Positions 25,219-37,315 of a stretch of DNA of 64,000 bases are shown piece by piece. This DNA comes from Octopus bimaculoides (lineage: Eukaryota), in assembly GCF_001194135.2 (NCBI RefSeq), contig NC_068983.1:57963135-58027134 (forward strand). The letters are read 5' to 3'. Below the pieces are notes generated by a model, which was given only the letters and a program-made list of their open reading frames with translations, made no database searches and was not told the DNA's origin. How positions within the stretch are numbered: the first letter of the stretch is position 1; the number at the start of each line of letters is the position of its first letter. The position numbers and the translations under genes are program-made.

Positions 25219-25808
25219 CTGATAAAAGAAACACCAGTAATATACTACGAAGAGCAAATTGATAAGGGAGCAGACAATTACGACTCGTTTAAACTCAAGC
25301 TTACATTTTATTTTCAACCTCAACAAACATGTTTGAAATTGAAACATACAAACAAATGAAAGCTTAATTACATAATGTTGAAATTTCTCACAAGGCATCA
25401 TTTAGCTAATTACATTCAAATTGTCATGTTGCAAAACTTTTCCAGATTTAGAAATAATCAATAAAAACGAAATAGCTGATGGCTTTGTTGATTGTGGAGA
25501 GAAACCTTATAGCATGTTTTGAAGAAGATATACAATGTGTGTAAAAGTTATAGCGGGTGTGTGGTAAGGAGCTTGCTTCTCAACCACAGGGTTCCAGGTT
25601 CAGTTCCACTGCATGGCACCTTGGGCAAATGTCTTCTACTATAGCCTCAGGTTGATAGAAGTCATCTGAGTGGATTTCGTAGATGGAAACTGAAAGAAGC
25701 CCAAAATGCCAAGACACAATTAGAGTCTGGGATGCTCTCTGGCTGGCCAACTCCTGTCAAACTGTCTAACCCATGCCATCATGGAAAATCGATTTTAAAT
25801 GATGAGGG

Positions 25809-25848
<40 letters not shown>

Positions 25849-26797
25849 ATATCTCTGCATAGATCTATAGCTTGTGTCTCTGTGCAAAGAAACAGAACAT
25901 TAAAAATGGGGGTGGGGCGTACGAAGTTACAAGCACGACAGGTGTTTCTGGGGTGGTTACTTTATAATGTTAATAGATGTAGTACACAAAAATATGCAAC
26001 CAGAGACAGAAGCACATAGGCATTGGGTAAATTAATCCTCCATTTTCAGGGTGGATATATATANNNNNNNNNNNNNNNNNNNNNNNNNNNNNNNNNNNNN
26101 NNNNNNNNNNNNNNNNNNNNNNNNNNNNNNNNNNNNNNNNNNNNNNNNNNNNNNNNNNNNNNNNNNNNNNNNNNNNNNNNNNNNNNNNNNNNNNNTATAT
26201 ATATATATATATATATGCATACATACATACATACATACATACATACATACAACAGGTTCCTTTCAGTTTCTGTCTGCAACATCCACTCATGAAACTTTCG
26301 TCAGCCTGCGGCAATAGTAGAAGATACTTGCCCAATGAGATTGAACCTAAGACGACATGGTTGGGAAGCAAGCTTCTTAACCAACCAGCTACACCTGCAC
26401 CTACAACTAAAATAATAAGACACTCATAAGATACAGGAATATTTTTATCACACAAGTGTCTCTCCATCAGTTACAATGTTGAGGGTTCCAGTGGGTCCAT
26501 TCAACGGAACAGTCTGCTCATGAAATTAACGTGCAAATGGCTGAGTACTCCACAGACCACGTGTACCCTTAATGTAGTTCTCAGAGAGATTTAGTGTGAC
26601 ACAGAGTGTAACAAGGCTGGCCCTTTTGAATTACAGGTACAACTCATTTTTGCCCGCTGAGTAGACTGGAGCAATATGAAATAAAGCGTCTTGCTAAAGT
26701 ACACAACGCACCACCAGAAATCGATCTCATGGCCTTACAGTCCTCAGAGCTAAATACCCTGGCCACTAAGCCATGCAACTTCACATCTTTCATCATA

Positions 26798-27667
26798 TGA
26801 GCTCTGATCAATAAGTCTCCGAACTGTTGCCATAGTAACAAAGCTAAAGGATGCAGAGTAAAGCTGCTTTGCACACATTGACCTTGGCCTCTGCTGTGCA
26901 TGCACACTAAGTTTTAACATTCTAGCTCACTTCTGTTTACAGCAGTGTTTGGAAGGAACGTGTGTATCGTGTGATCATCACATTGTCCATGACATTGAAA
27001 GTTGTCATGGCAATACCTGCTCAGAGGCCAACGAAAAGTTGCATAAAGTGTATGGAGAGGAGTGTATGAGTTGCACACAAGTGTACAAGAGGTTCAGACG
27101 TTTCCAAGATGGTAGAAAAAATGTTGATATTGACAAACGTTCTAGGAGACCCACAACCAGCAGAACTGAGACAAACATCATAGATGTGTGTGTAGCTGTG
27201 AGAGAAAATTGTTGAATCACTATCTGTGAGTTATCAGAGGATGGGCAGATTAGTTACAGTTCAGTTCTGTCTATTATGTCTGAAGATTTAGGTATGAGAC
27301 GCATGTCTCCTAAGTTTGTGCCAAAACTGCTTTCAGCTGACCAAAAAGACACTCGGATTTCAGTTTCACAAGATCTCCTTGATTGTGTCGACAATGATGA
27401 AAACTTTTTGAAAACTTTGCGTAGTCCTCTGAGCTATTGGGAAAAAATGATGCAGATTCTCTGCTCAACTTTCTCTGTCATGGGACCCAACACGCTACAC
27501 AGATTCCTTCTCAACACTGCTGTAAACAGCAGAAGTAAGCTAGAACGTTTAAACTTTGTGTACATACGCAACAGAGTTCAAAGTTAATCTGTGCCAAGCA
27601 GCTTTACTCTGCACACTTTAGCTTCGTTACTACGGCAATAGTCCGGATACTTATTGATCAGCCCGCG
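26798..27667 (+). mobile_element. Mariner relic: 5' end plus transposase N-terminus, closed by an inverted second 5' end
   Basis: KLHKVYGEECMSCTQVYKRFRRFQDGR...RSRRPTTSRT and LGMRRMSPKFVPKLLSADQK match the mariner HTH and WVPxxL region. TA flanks at 26796-26797 and 27668-27669. Confidence 0.9.
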
Positions 27668-28405
27668 TAGATTAACTTAATCACAGTCAATCCAGGGTTA
27701 AAACAACAGCAACAACAACTTTTAAATTCTAAATCTCAACATTTTAGTAGATTCATAACATTTCATATTTTTTAAAGTTTTGTTTCCAGCCGTACATTCA
27801 TAGTTCATTAAAGTATTTACTAATTAAAATGGTTAGTTTGCAGATGTATAAAATCTAGTTCACAACTTAATAGCTGGTTCTTATCTTTTTCAAAGATACT
27901 TGATTAAACATTCATTAGACTATAAAACATATAAACATACAAATATGCATCGCATAACACTTTATCTTCAAACTTCTCTGAATTCAATGAAGTCTTATGC
28001 CATAAGGAACGGTTTTGGTTTTGCTAAATTATTTAACTTATTTTACCGACGCCAAGAGGATATTATTTTCCTTTGATGATTTTCTTGACGCTTGTTAGTG
28101 TAAAATTTTATAAGCATTCTTGAAACACATTTATGATGAGACATATCACACATACACACATACATATGTGTATATATGTATGTATGTATATATANNNNNN
28201 NNNNAATAAGTACTAGGCTTACAAAGAATAAGTCCTGGGGTCAATTTGCTTGACCAAAGGTGGTGCTCCAGCATGGCCGCAGTCTAAAGATAAACGATAC
28301 TGGCTGTATGCTTCACATTGGTTCTTATTCTATTAGTCTTTTGCTTAACTGTTAAGTTACAGGGGCATCAACAAACCAACACCAGTTAGAACTAGCACAA
28401 AGACA

Positions 28406-28445
<40 letters not shown>

Positions 28446-28804
28446 GCATATGATGGGCATACACACAGTTTGTGTCTACTAAATTAACTCATGAGTCATC
28501 GGTCAAGCCTGGGGCTATGTAGTAGAAAATGCCCAAAGTGCTGTGCAATGGAACGGAACCCAAAACCTTATGGTTGCAAAGCAAGCTTCTTAACCACACA
28601 GCCATGCCTGCTCCTATAATGAGGGTTTTTTTGTTGGCGTGTTTATTGTACCATCTGGTTGCTTGTCCTACAGTTAACCATCATATTCTGAAGTTAGAGA
28701 GGAATGTGTTGTTAGTCAAACTCCCTGAATGAAGAAGTGTTGTGTTCACATCACAGCAGTGGTCATGAGCATTGGAACCAATCACCATCATCATTGTGTG
28801 ATCA

Positions 28805-29304
28805 ATAAATGTTGTTGTTGGCACTCCGTCGCTTATGACGTCGAGGGTTCCAGTTNNNNNNNNNNGTTATGATGACGAGGGTTCCAGTTGATCCAATCAA
28901 TGGAACAGCCTGCTTTGGAAATTAACATGCAAGTGGCTGAGGGCTCCACAGACATGTGTACCTTTAATGTAGTTCTCGGGGAGATTCAGTGTGACACAGA
29001 GTGGGACAAGGCTGGCCCCTTTGAAATACAGGTACAACAGAAACAGGAAGAAAGAGTGGGAGAAGGTTGTGGTGAAAAAGTACAGCAGAGGTCGCCACTA
29101 TTCCCTTCNNNNNNNNNNGAGTGGGAGAAGGTTGTGGTGAAAAAGTACAGCAGAGGTCGCCACTATTCCCTTCCGGAGCCTCGTGGAGCTTTAGGTGCTT
29201 TCACTCAATAAACACTCACAACATCCGGACTGAGAATCGACATTGCAATCCTAAGACCGTGAGTCTGCTACCCTAACCACTGGACCATTGTGCCTTCACA
29301 TTTA

Positions 29305-29340
<36 letters not shown>

Positions 29341-29595
29341 GGCGCATGGCTTACTGGTTAGGGCATTCCGCACACAATCGTATGGTCGTGAGTTCAATTC
29401 CCCGCAATGCATTATGTTCTTGAGCAAGACACTTTATTTCACATTGCTCCAGTCCACTCAGCTTGCGAAAATGAGTACTACCTGTATTTCAAGGGGCCAG
29501 CCTTGTCACACTTTGTGTCACACTGAATCACCCTGAGAACTACGTTAAGGGTACATGTGTTTGTGGAGTGTTCAACCACTTGTACGTTAATTTCA
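28805..29595. mobile_element. SINE family C copies (minus about 28805-29290, plus about 29338-29595)
   Basis: Same body as 53271-53655; small gaps inside. Confidence 0.8.
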
Positions 29596-29819
29596 TCTGT
29601 GTTTGTCCCCATTACTGCTTGACAAATGGTCTTGGTATGTTTATTCCCCCGTAACAAAGTGGTTTCACAAAAGAGATTCCTAGAGTAAGTACCAGGTTAA
29701 AACAAATACTGAGGGGTGTCAATTCCTTCAACAAAAAATCCTTCATGTTGGTGCACCAGTATGACCACATTATAATGACTGAAACAAGTAGATGAATTTA
29801 AGTTATGTCTTTACCTTGC

Positions 29820-30750
29820 TTACTTATTGTAAAGATCTGATAATTTCTATTCATAGTTAGTCATATATAGCACCATATCATTCTTATTAGAAATCATCTG
29901 CATGATGGAACTGGAAGAAAATAAATTAAACTAAATCAAACATTTTACAAAGCAAAACCTTTCTAATAAATGGAAAATAATTACAGTTTGGAAGACATTT
30001 ATGGAATATCTGGAATTTTTTCTTTCTTTTCCTCCTTGTTCATTAATAGGTCATCAATTGAGAAGGGGAATAAGTTTCCTACGAACAGATTAATTGCTTC
30101 CAAGGATTTCTATCTTGCGACACTTTTCTTATTGTAGTTACTCTTAGAGTTTTGACTAAGAAAGAAATTCCCAAGCTGTTTTTGGTTTGTTTCAATTTAA
30201 TAGTTTTTGGTCTGAACTCCCCTAAATAATTAGTTAACTCAGCACTGTAGATCTACTGAAATAAAGTTGATTTGGGGTTACTCACCAATATCCCAATAAA
30301 AGATCTTATATACATCAATAGCTATGTTTGCTAGATTATTTTCTCTGAATATTAAGACAACAATAGTTGTAAACAGTTTTCAAGAGAGCATTTCACGATA
30401 CTAAATCTTTGCAAAACTTTCGAAATATCAGTCACAAAAATCAGTTAATGGTGTAGTTTGGAAATAAAAGTCTGAGAACCATGTGAAAACATAAAACGAC
30501 TGATTATGTGCTAAGACATTTACGAAGACAATTTCAACACCTCCAGCAAACCAACCAACCAACCAACCACCTAAAAATGGCTGTACTTTACAGAGGAATT
30601 AGAAAAGCTGAAAGAAATCGAGGGGAATATAATTTTTATTAAACTTAATGCATGCAGAATTTATGAGTTGTTGTGTGCAAGTTGAGGCAACAAATGTCAA
30701 CATTTCTACCAGTTTGCTAGGCAATGGAAATCCAACAAGCCAAACTATAC
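29820..30750 (-). pseudogene. Candidate decayed LRR-protein remnant, possibly paralogous to 17400-18230
   Basis: Stop-interrupted peptides TIVVLIFRENNLANIAIDVY, QLGNFFLSQN and KSLEAINLFVGNLF; shares CIKF, VE(I/L)V and SINVF in the same order as the 17.4-18.2 kb block. Confidence 0.35.
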
Positions 30751-30918
30751 ATGATGTTCAGTCAGCCATGAAACGATATATTCCTATGAAGACAGCTTAA
30801 AAGGAATAAATATTATCAGATCAAGCATCAAATAAGGTAACCACATAGCTACCTCTTTAAATGGCTGAAGGTATCAAGGACAAAAAAATAATCAATTAAA
30901 TTTGAAAAGATAAGAAAA

Positions 30919-30984
30919 AATGCAAATTTCCATACAAAGGTGTTTTGTATGGAAATTTGCATTGTATTGTTGACAACAATACAA
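30919..30984. repeat. Two adjacent perfect hairpins
   Basis: 20-bp stem 30919-30938/30944-30963 with loop GGTGT; 11-bp inverted repeat 30962-30972/30974-30984. Confidence 0.9.
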
Positions 30985-31174
30985 AAGTTTTCATTACTTG
31001 GAACAGAATCAAATTTTGACGATAAAATCCGTCAAAGTACTTATTGACTACAAATATCTGACAACTATGGTATTATGCATCTAAGCAAATACATGACTCT
31101 GTCGCCACGCTTCAACCGGCTGACAAATAAATGCTATTTTTATTTTTACAACAAAACTAAAAGTAAGAATCTTT

Positions 31175-31610
31175 TCTACTCTAAGCGAAAAGCCCCCCAA
31201 TTTTTTGTGGGGAGGGGACCAATCGATTAGATCGACCCCAGTACGCAACTGGTACTTAATTTATCAACCCTGAAAGGATGTAAGGCAAAGTCGACCTCGG
31301 TGGAATTTGAACTCAGAACATAAAGGCACAAAATACAGCTAAACATTTCACCTGGCATGTTAACGATTCTGCCAGCTCGTTGCCTTAAAATAATCTTTTC
31401 TACTCTAAGCATAAATCCCAACATTTTGGGGGAGAGGGCCAGTCGATTAGCTCGATCCTAGTACACAGCTGGTACTTAATTTATCGACCCCAAAAGTATG
31501 AAAGCAAAGTTGATCTTGGCGGAATTTGAACTCAGATCATAAAGACAGACGAAATAACGCTAGGCATTTCGCCTGGCGTGCTGACGATTCTACCAGCTCG
31601 TTGCCTTAAA
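31175..31610 (-). mobile_element. Two tandem SINE B copies
   Basis: Two B bodies, each starting AATCTTTTCTACTCTAAGC on the plus strand. Confidence 0.85.
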
Positions 31611-31834
31611 CTAAGAGTAAGAATGGTTTAAGACTGTACAAGCTATTGTTTAAATAATATTAATAAATTAAATGGCCAAATTCCCAAAAGCTATTCTGGT
31701 CTTACATATGGATGTACTGTAATTATTTATGCATAATATGCACTTTTCCATGAAAAGAAACCCTCAAAAGTGCCTGATTGTTGGGCAAAGTTTAAAGACC
31801 ATTGTCAAATTTACTTTATAATATTGTGTTATTT

Positions 31835-32051
31835 TTTTTATTTGCTTAGGTCATTTGACTGTGGCCATGCTGGAGTACTGCCTTTTAGATGAAGAAATTG
31901 ACCCCTGAACGTATTCTTTGTAGGCCTCATGCTTATTCTGTCGGACTCTTCTGCTGGACAGCTAAATTACGGGGATGTAAACACACCAACATCGGTTGTC
32001 AAGTGATGGTGGGGAGGACAGACATAGACACAGAGAAACACACGCACAGAA

Positions 32052-32135
<84 letters not shown>

Positions 32136-32290
32136 GACAGGCTTCTTTCAGTTTCCATCTACCAAATCCATTCACAAGGTTTTTGTCGGGCCAAGGCTAT
32201 AGTAGAAGACACTTTACCAAGGTGCCATGTAACAGGACTGAACCCAGAACCATGTGGTTGGGAAGCAAGCTTATTACCACACCGCCATGT
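31835..32290 (-). mobile_element. Full-length SINE A with an internal (TA)n of about 80 bp
   Basis: Tail at about 31835-31990, (TA)n at 32052-32133, head at about 32140-32290. Confidence 0.85.
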
Positions 32291-33755
32291 GTTGATATGT
32301 TTTGTATAGCATTTATAAATGTTTGAAATGTTGACAGAAGCCCAAGAATCTTGAAGTCAGTCGATTACACTGGCCCCAGTACCTGAGTGGGCCTTTACTT
32401 TATCACCCTGAAAGGATGAGAAGCAATGTTGCCCTCACCAGTATTTGAGCTTATAATGTAAAACGACAGAAGAAATGCCACTTAGCATTGTGTTCGACAA
32501 CTCTAAGGATACTACCAGCTGATCACATTATACAGCACTTATAATAAATCTGACTAAACATTCTTTTGTCATATATTGTATTTCAAAAGCAAACGTCAAT
32601 GCATATTGATATGAGAAAAATGTTCACTCTACTTTGTAGTAATAGTCAATACGCACAAAAAACCTGGAGTTACGCGGATTATTTTTTGTGACAAATGATT
32701 GCATGCTTGAATAGTTAATTTCTACATCATGTTAGCAAGTACAATATGACTAAATGGTCGAGAAGTTTGTTATCCAACCATGAGAACCCACGAATGCAAT
32801 TTTCTATAGCCTCACTCAACTCATACATTATGATTGAATTTGGGTGTGTAGAAACTGTATTGAATCCCATTTGACGGATTGTATTTGTAATTCAAAAGAT
32901 GTAGCCTGGTGAAGCACTGGGTTATATCAATTTCTACCGGGGACTTACATTAAGGATACACATATCTGTGGAGTACTCAACCATTTACATGTTTATTCAG
33001 GAAGGGGGCACTTAGTTGATTGAGTGAATGAATTCTCATCATATTAGGCATAGGTGTGGCTGTGTGATAAGAAGTTTGCCACCCAATCAGGGTTCCAGGT
33101 TCAATTCCACTGCATGGTACACTGGGCAAGTGTCTACTTTTATAACCTCAGGCTGACCAAAGCCTTGTGAGTGGATTTGGCAAATAGAAACTGAAAGAAG
33201 CCTGTTGTGTGTGTGCGTGCCCCAACACCACCACTTGACAACTGATGTTAGTGTATATATTTCCCTGCAACTTAGTGGTTTGGCAAAAGAGACTGATAGA
33301 ATAGGCACCATGGGTTTTTACATCGAGTAAAATTCTTCAAGGTGGTGCCCCAGCATGGCCACAGTCTAATGGCTGAAATGGGTTGCAGATAAAATATGAT
33401 CGATATTATTTCAGGCATTATTTCAAAATTTAACGAGCACAATTTAATAACTGGGTTTTCATTAAAGACCTTTTGATCTTCGGTTGCAAGATGTGTGCAT
33501 ATGCATGCACAAGTGCAGCTTACAGAGAATACTGCATGAGAATTATTTTCCCTGCAGTTTTATTGTACTGTATGAAGGCATTTGGCTCAGTAGTTAAGAA
33601 TGCAGCTCATGATCATAGTGTCACAAGTTCAATTCCCAACAGTGTGTTATGTCCTTGAGCAAGACACTTTATTTCATGTTGCTCCAGTCCACTCAGCTGG
33701 CAAAAATGAGTTGTGCCAGTAATTGTATCTTGAGGTTTGGTGACAACAAGTGTCC

Positions 33756-34107
33756 TCAAATCTCAAGAATCTTTCAGAGGATTTTTGCAGAATATAAGAT
33801 GGTACTTTTTTGCAGGTTGACAATGCAAGTTTCAATTCCAATTTCTTTCAGTATTTTAGGCAGCATTTTTGGTTTTGTGCCAAGTGCACCAATTATCACC
33901 TGAATAACTGTTGTTTTACTCTTTCACAGTCTCCTCAGCAATCTGGCTAGATGCTGGAATTCCTCAATTCTTTCCATTTGGTATCGACTCTGCTATGATA
34001 GAGAATTACAAAATCTATGATCTTGCACTGTTTGATTATTTTGTGCTCAATAATTATGTCGGGTCTTCTTGCCTCAGTAGTATGGCAAAGTCCCACAAGA
34101 CCTTATA
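33756..34107 (-). mobile_element. R4/NeSL-like non-LTR retrotransposon RLE-domain C-terminus, frameshifted
   Basis: YKVLWDFAI / EARRPDIII...CKIIDFV / QHLARLLRRL*K...VIIGALGTKPK...LQKSTILYSAKIL*KILEI* follows the restriction-like endonuclease consensus (WDF..QTD..ARRPD..IID..KY..L..LW..VIGALG..LQK). Confidence 0.85.
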
Positions 34108-34132
34108 ATTCCCATTTCTGTTTTGTTATTAC

Positions 34133-34172
<40 letters not shown>

Positions 34173-35180
34173 GATATCATCATCATCATCATCATCGTCG
34201 TCGTCGTCGTCATCGTCATTTAACGTCCACTTTCCATGCTGGCATGGGTTGGACGGTTTGACTGAGGGCTGGTGAACCAGAAGGCTGCACCAGGCCCCAT
34301 TCTGATCTGGCAAAGTTTCTACATCATTGTTATTATTAATACAAAACTAATAAAAAAAAACAAAATGCTTAAAATAAGTAGATCCTAATCTAAAATAGGA
34401 ATTAAAGTTATATTAACAAGCGAACAAAAACTTTGTTAATGACTTATCAAATTTCCTGAATGAAATTATCTGAAGAAAGATATATATTATCGCCAGCGAC
34501 ATTTATTTCTTTTACAGTCTTTATCTTTTTCTTTTCTGTTTTTTCCTTTCTTTGTTATCTCACAACTTTTAGTCTTAATAACAACAATGAGTGTTTATTA
34601 GCGTATTTGTGTAAAGTTGATGAAATTGTATGTTCTCAATAACCAGATGATTCATATGGAAACCAAATGAGGTTTGACCTCCTGCACTTTTAAGATGTTT
34701 CGGACTTAAATTATAAAGTATAAAACAAAGAAAGAAAGAAAATGTAATTTAAGAAAAGTAAAACTAAAAATAAACATAAAAAACAAAAATCATAGAATTT
34801 TTTTAAGTTTGCACATAATACTATCTTGGGGAAACAAGATGGATTGTAAGTTAAGATTTCTTTTCATTATTGGCCAAAACTGATTAACTTTTATTGAAGT
34901 ACATTAATTGTGTGTGCAACAAAGACAAATGAAAGAAAATAACAAAAATAAATAAATATGTATATAAAAAAATAGGAATTGTAAATATGATTGAATATTC
35001 TTTCAATTGTTATATTTTTTTTTTGTTTTGTTATTTCCTTTATTTATTATTTAGTTAGTGATTGGGTAAACACCAGATGAAGTGCACCAGATAATGTTTG
35101 GGTGTCTCTAAGTTAATATATCAGTTTTTACCTAGGATATTGTGTTGCCTTTGTTTATTTTATCCTTTTCATATAGAAAA

Positions 35181-35397
35181 GGGTGTGCTGAAAAGTTCCT
35201 GGCTTTGGGGGTAAAAGAACATACAGGAGAATCAGTTAATTATGATTTCATCCAACGTATTCTCCCTCTCGGATTCACACACTTATTGCAGTGGTCCTTC
35301 AGTTTTTTTTAGCCCTATAAAAGAACTCACAAGGTTGGGCCTCCAACCAGGCCTTTCACAATACCCTTAAAACCAGGAACTTTTCAGCACATTACCG
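35181..35397 (-). mobile_element. Mariner-derived MITE
   Basis: TIRs GTGCTGAAAAGTTCCTGG and CCAGGAACTTTTCAGCAC; internal minus-strand LKDHCNKCVNPRG resembles the mariner transposase C-terminus. Confidence 0.8.
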
Positions 35398-35601
35398 TGT
35401 ATATACAGGCTGTGTGGTAAGGAGTTAACTTTCCAATCACATTGTTCTGAGTTGAGTCCCACTGCATGGTAACTTGGACAAATGTCTTCCATCGTAGTTC
35501 TGGCTTGACCAAAGCCTTGTGAGTGGATTTGGTAGCCATGGAAACTGAAACAAACATGGCACATGTGTGTGTGTGTATATATATATATGTGTGTGTGTGT
35601 G

Positions 35602-35632
<31 letters not shown>

Positions 35633-36834
35633 CTGTATACATATGTATATACACATACATATATGTGTACATATTTATGTATGTGTCTGTGGGTTTGTGC
35701 CTTGTTTCATATTGCATGATAATTGTAAATGAGTGTCATTGTCATACAAGCAGTGTCATTCACGTCCATTATTCTGTGTAAATATGGCTAGCCATGGAAA
35801 AACACTACCTTGCTTGGAAACAGTTAAGGGTTTGTGACAGGAAAGGCATCTAGCAGGCTGTAGAAAACCTGCCTCAATAAACTCCATCCAATCGATGCGA
35901 GTATAAAAAAGGAGACATTTATATGCAATGAGGATTTTCCTTTGGAGATTTGCTGCATTAAATTGAAGAAATACAATCAAAGATTTAATTCAAACTTTCG
36001 ATCACTTTACAGATTTATAAACTTTTCAGTTCTTTACATTGTGAAAATGTTTTAGTATCTACTACCATAATTGGCATGCTGAATATTGGTTAAGCCATTA
36101 GTTAGTTACCTAAGCCCTTCAGTCCTTATGGAGCACAAACCATCAATATCTTTTCTCCACTGTTTTTGATTTTGAGTTGTTTTCTTTCCTTTCCACTTGG
36201 TCTCCTGCATTTGCAGCTCCACCTCAATATCCTGCTAGTCTCCCTGAAGAAAGCCTTTCTTTTCTCAGGTCTTGCGGTTTTGAATTGAGATCAATGCTTC
36301 TGTAATTTTGCTTTGATCTAGATAGGTGTTGACCTTATAAAGCCTATTTTTGCTTCCAGGTAGCAGTGGTTCATATTAGTCTAGCCACCATTCTTTGACT
36401 TGGCCAGCATGGGAAGCTCTACCGAGGATCACATGCATCACTGGCTTAGCCCTCAGGGTCATTTTGACATACAGGCCACCATGTTGCAACAAAGATAAAT
36501 TACCTCGCAGTTATAGATTCAACTCTTTTCACTAAGTTCAAATCTTACCAATGCCAGTTTTTACTATCATTCTTTAAGAGTTCATAAATAAGTTACTAAC
36601 TTTGTATTAGAGACGATTTTTCATTTTCTTTCTCCTTTTCATTTTCTCTATTTGTCTTTTTTTCACTAAGATATTAGCTTGGTCCCATCTGGAAAGGGAG
36701 AGGCTCTGCAAGGACTAAAGCTGTCCTAGACATGCTATGCTGTATATCACAACAATGACTCCTACAATCCCAGCAAAGTGTTGAGACCCAATGTAATTTG
36801 CAGTGTGTTCCCATTTCTTTGTTTGTCTGTCATC

Positions 36835-37315
36835 ATCACCAGTGTCATCATTTAACTTCCACTTTCCATGCTGATGTGGCTTGGACAGTTTGACAGAGGA
36901 CTGGCAAGCTGGTAAGCTGCACCAGTCTCCAATCTGATCTGGCAATGTTTCTACAGCTGGAAAGCCTTCCTAACGCCAAACATTCTGAGAGTATAATGGG
37001 TGCTTTTACGTGTCATTGGCATGGGGATAAGTCAAGGAGTACTGGCATCAACCACGTTTGGATGGTGCTTTTTACATGCCACCAGCATGGGAGCCAGTCA
37101 GGCGGCACTGGCATCGACCACGTTTGGATGGTGCATTTTATGTGCCATTGGCATAGGAGCCATTAAGAGTGCACTGGTATCAACCACATTCAGATGGTGC
37201 TTTTTACATACCAACAGCATGGGATCCAGTCAGGAGGCACTGGCATTAACCACATTTGCATGGCATTTTTTATGTGCCACCAGCACGAGGAGCCAGTCAG
37301 GCAGCACTAACATGA
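36835..37315 (-). mobile_element. RTE 3' UTR copy with 5-6 repeat units
   Basis: Tail motif plus repeated GGCA(C/T)TGG(C/T)AT(C/T)(A/G)ACCAC.TT.G.ATGG..CTTTT units. Confidence 0.8.

Noticed and set aside
33911-34108. Plus-strand 65-aa ORF preceded by a good acceptor
   Set aside because: It is the antisense of the R4-like RLE fragment.
36300-36480. LINE 5'-region-like remnant that might hold an HDV-like ribozyme
   Set aside because: Too degenerate to assign P1-P4 pairings by eye.
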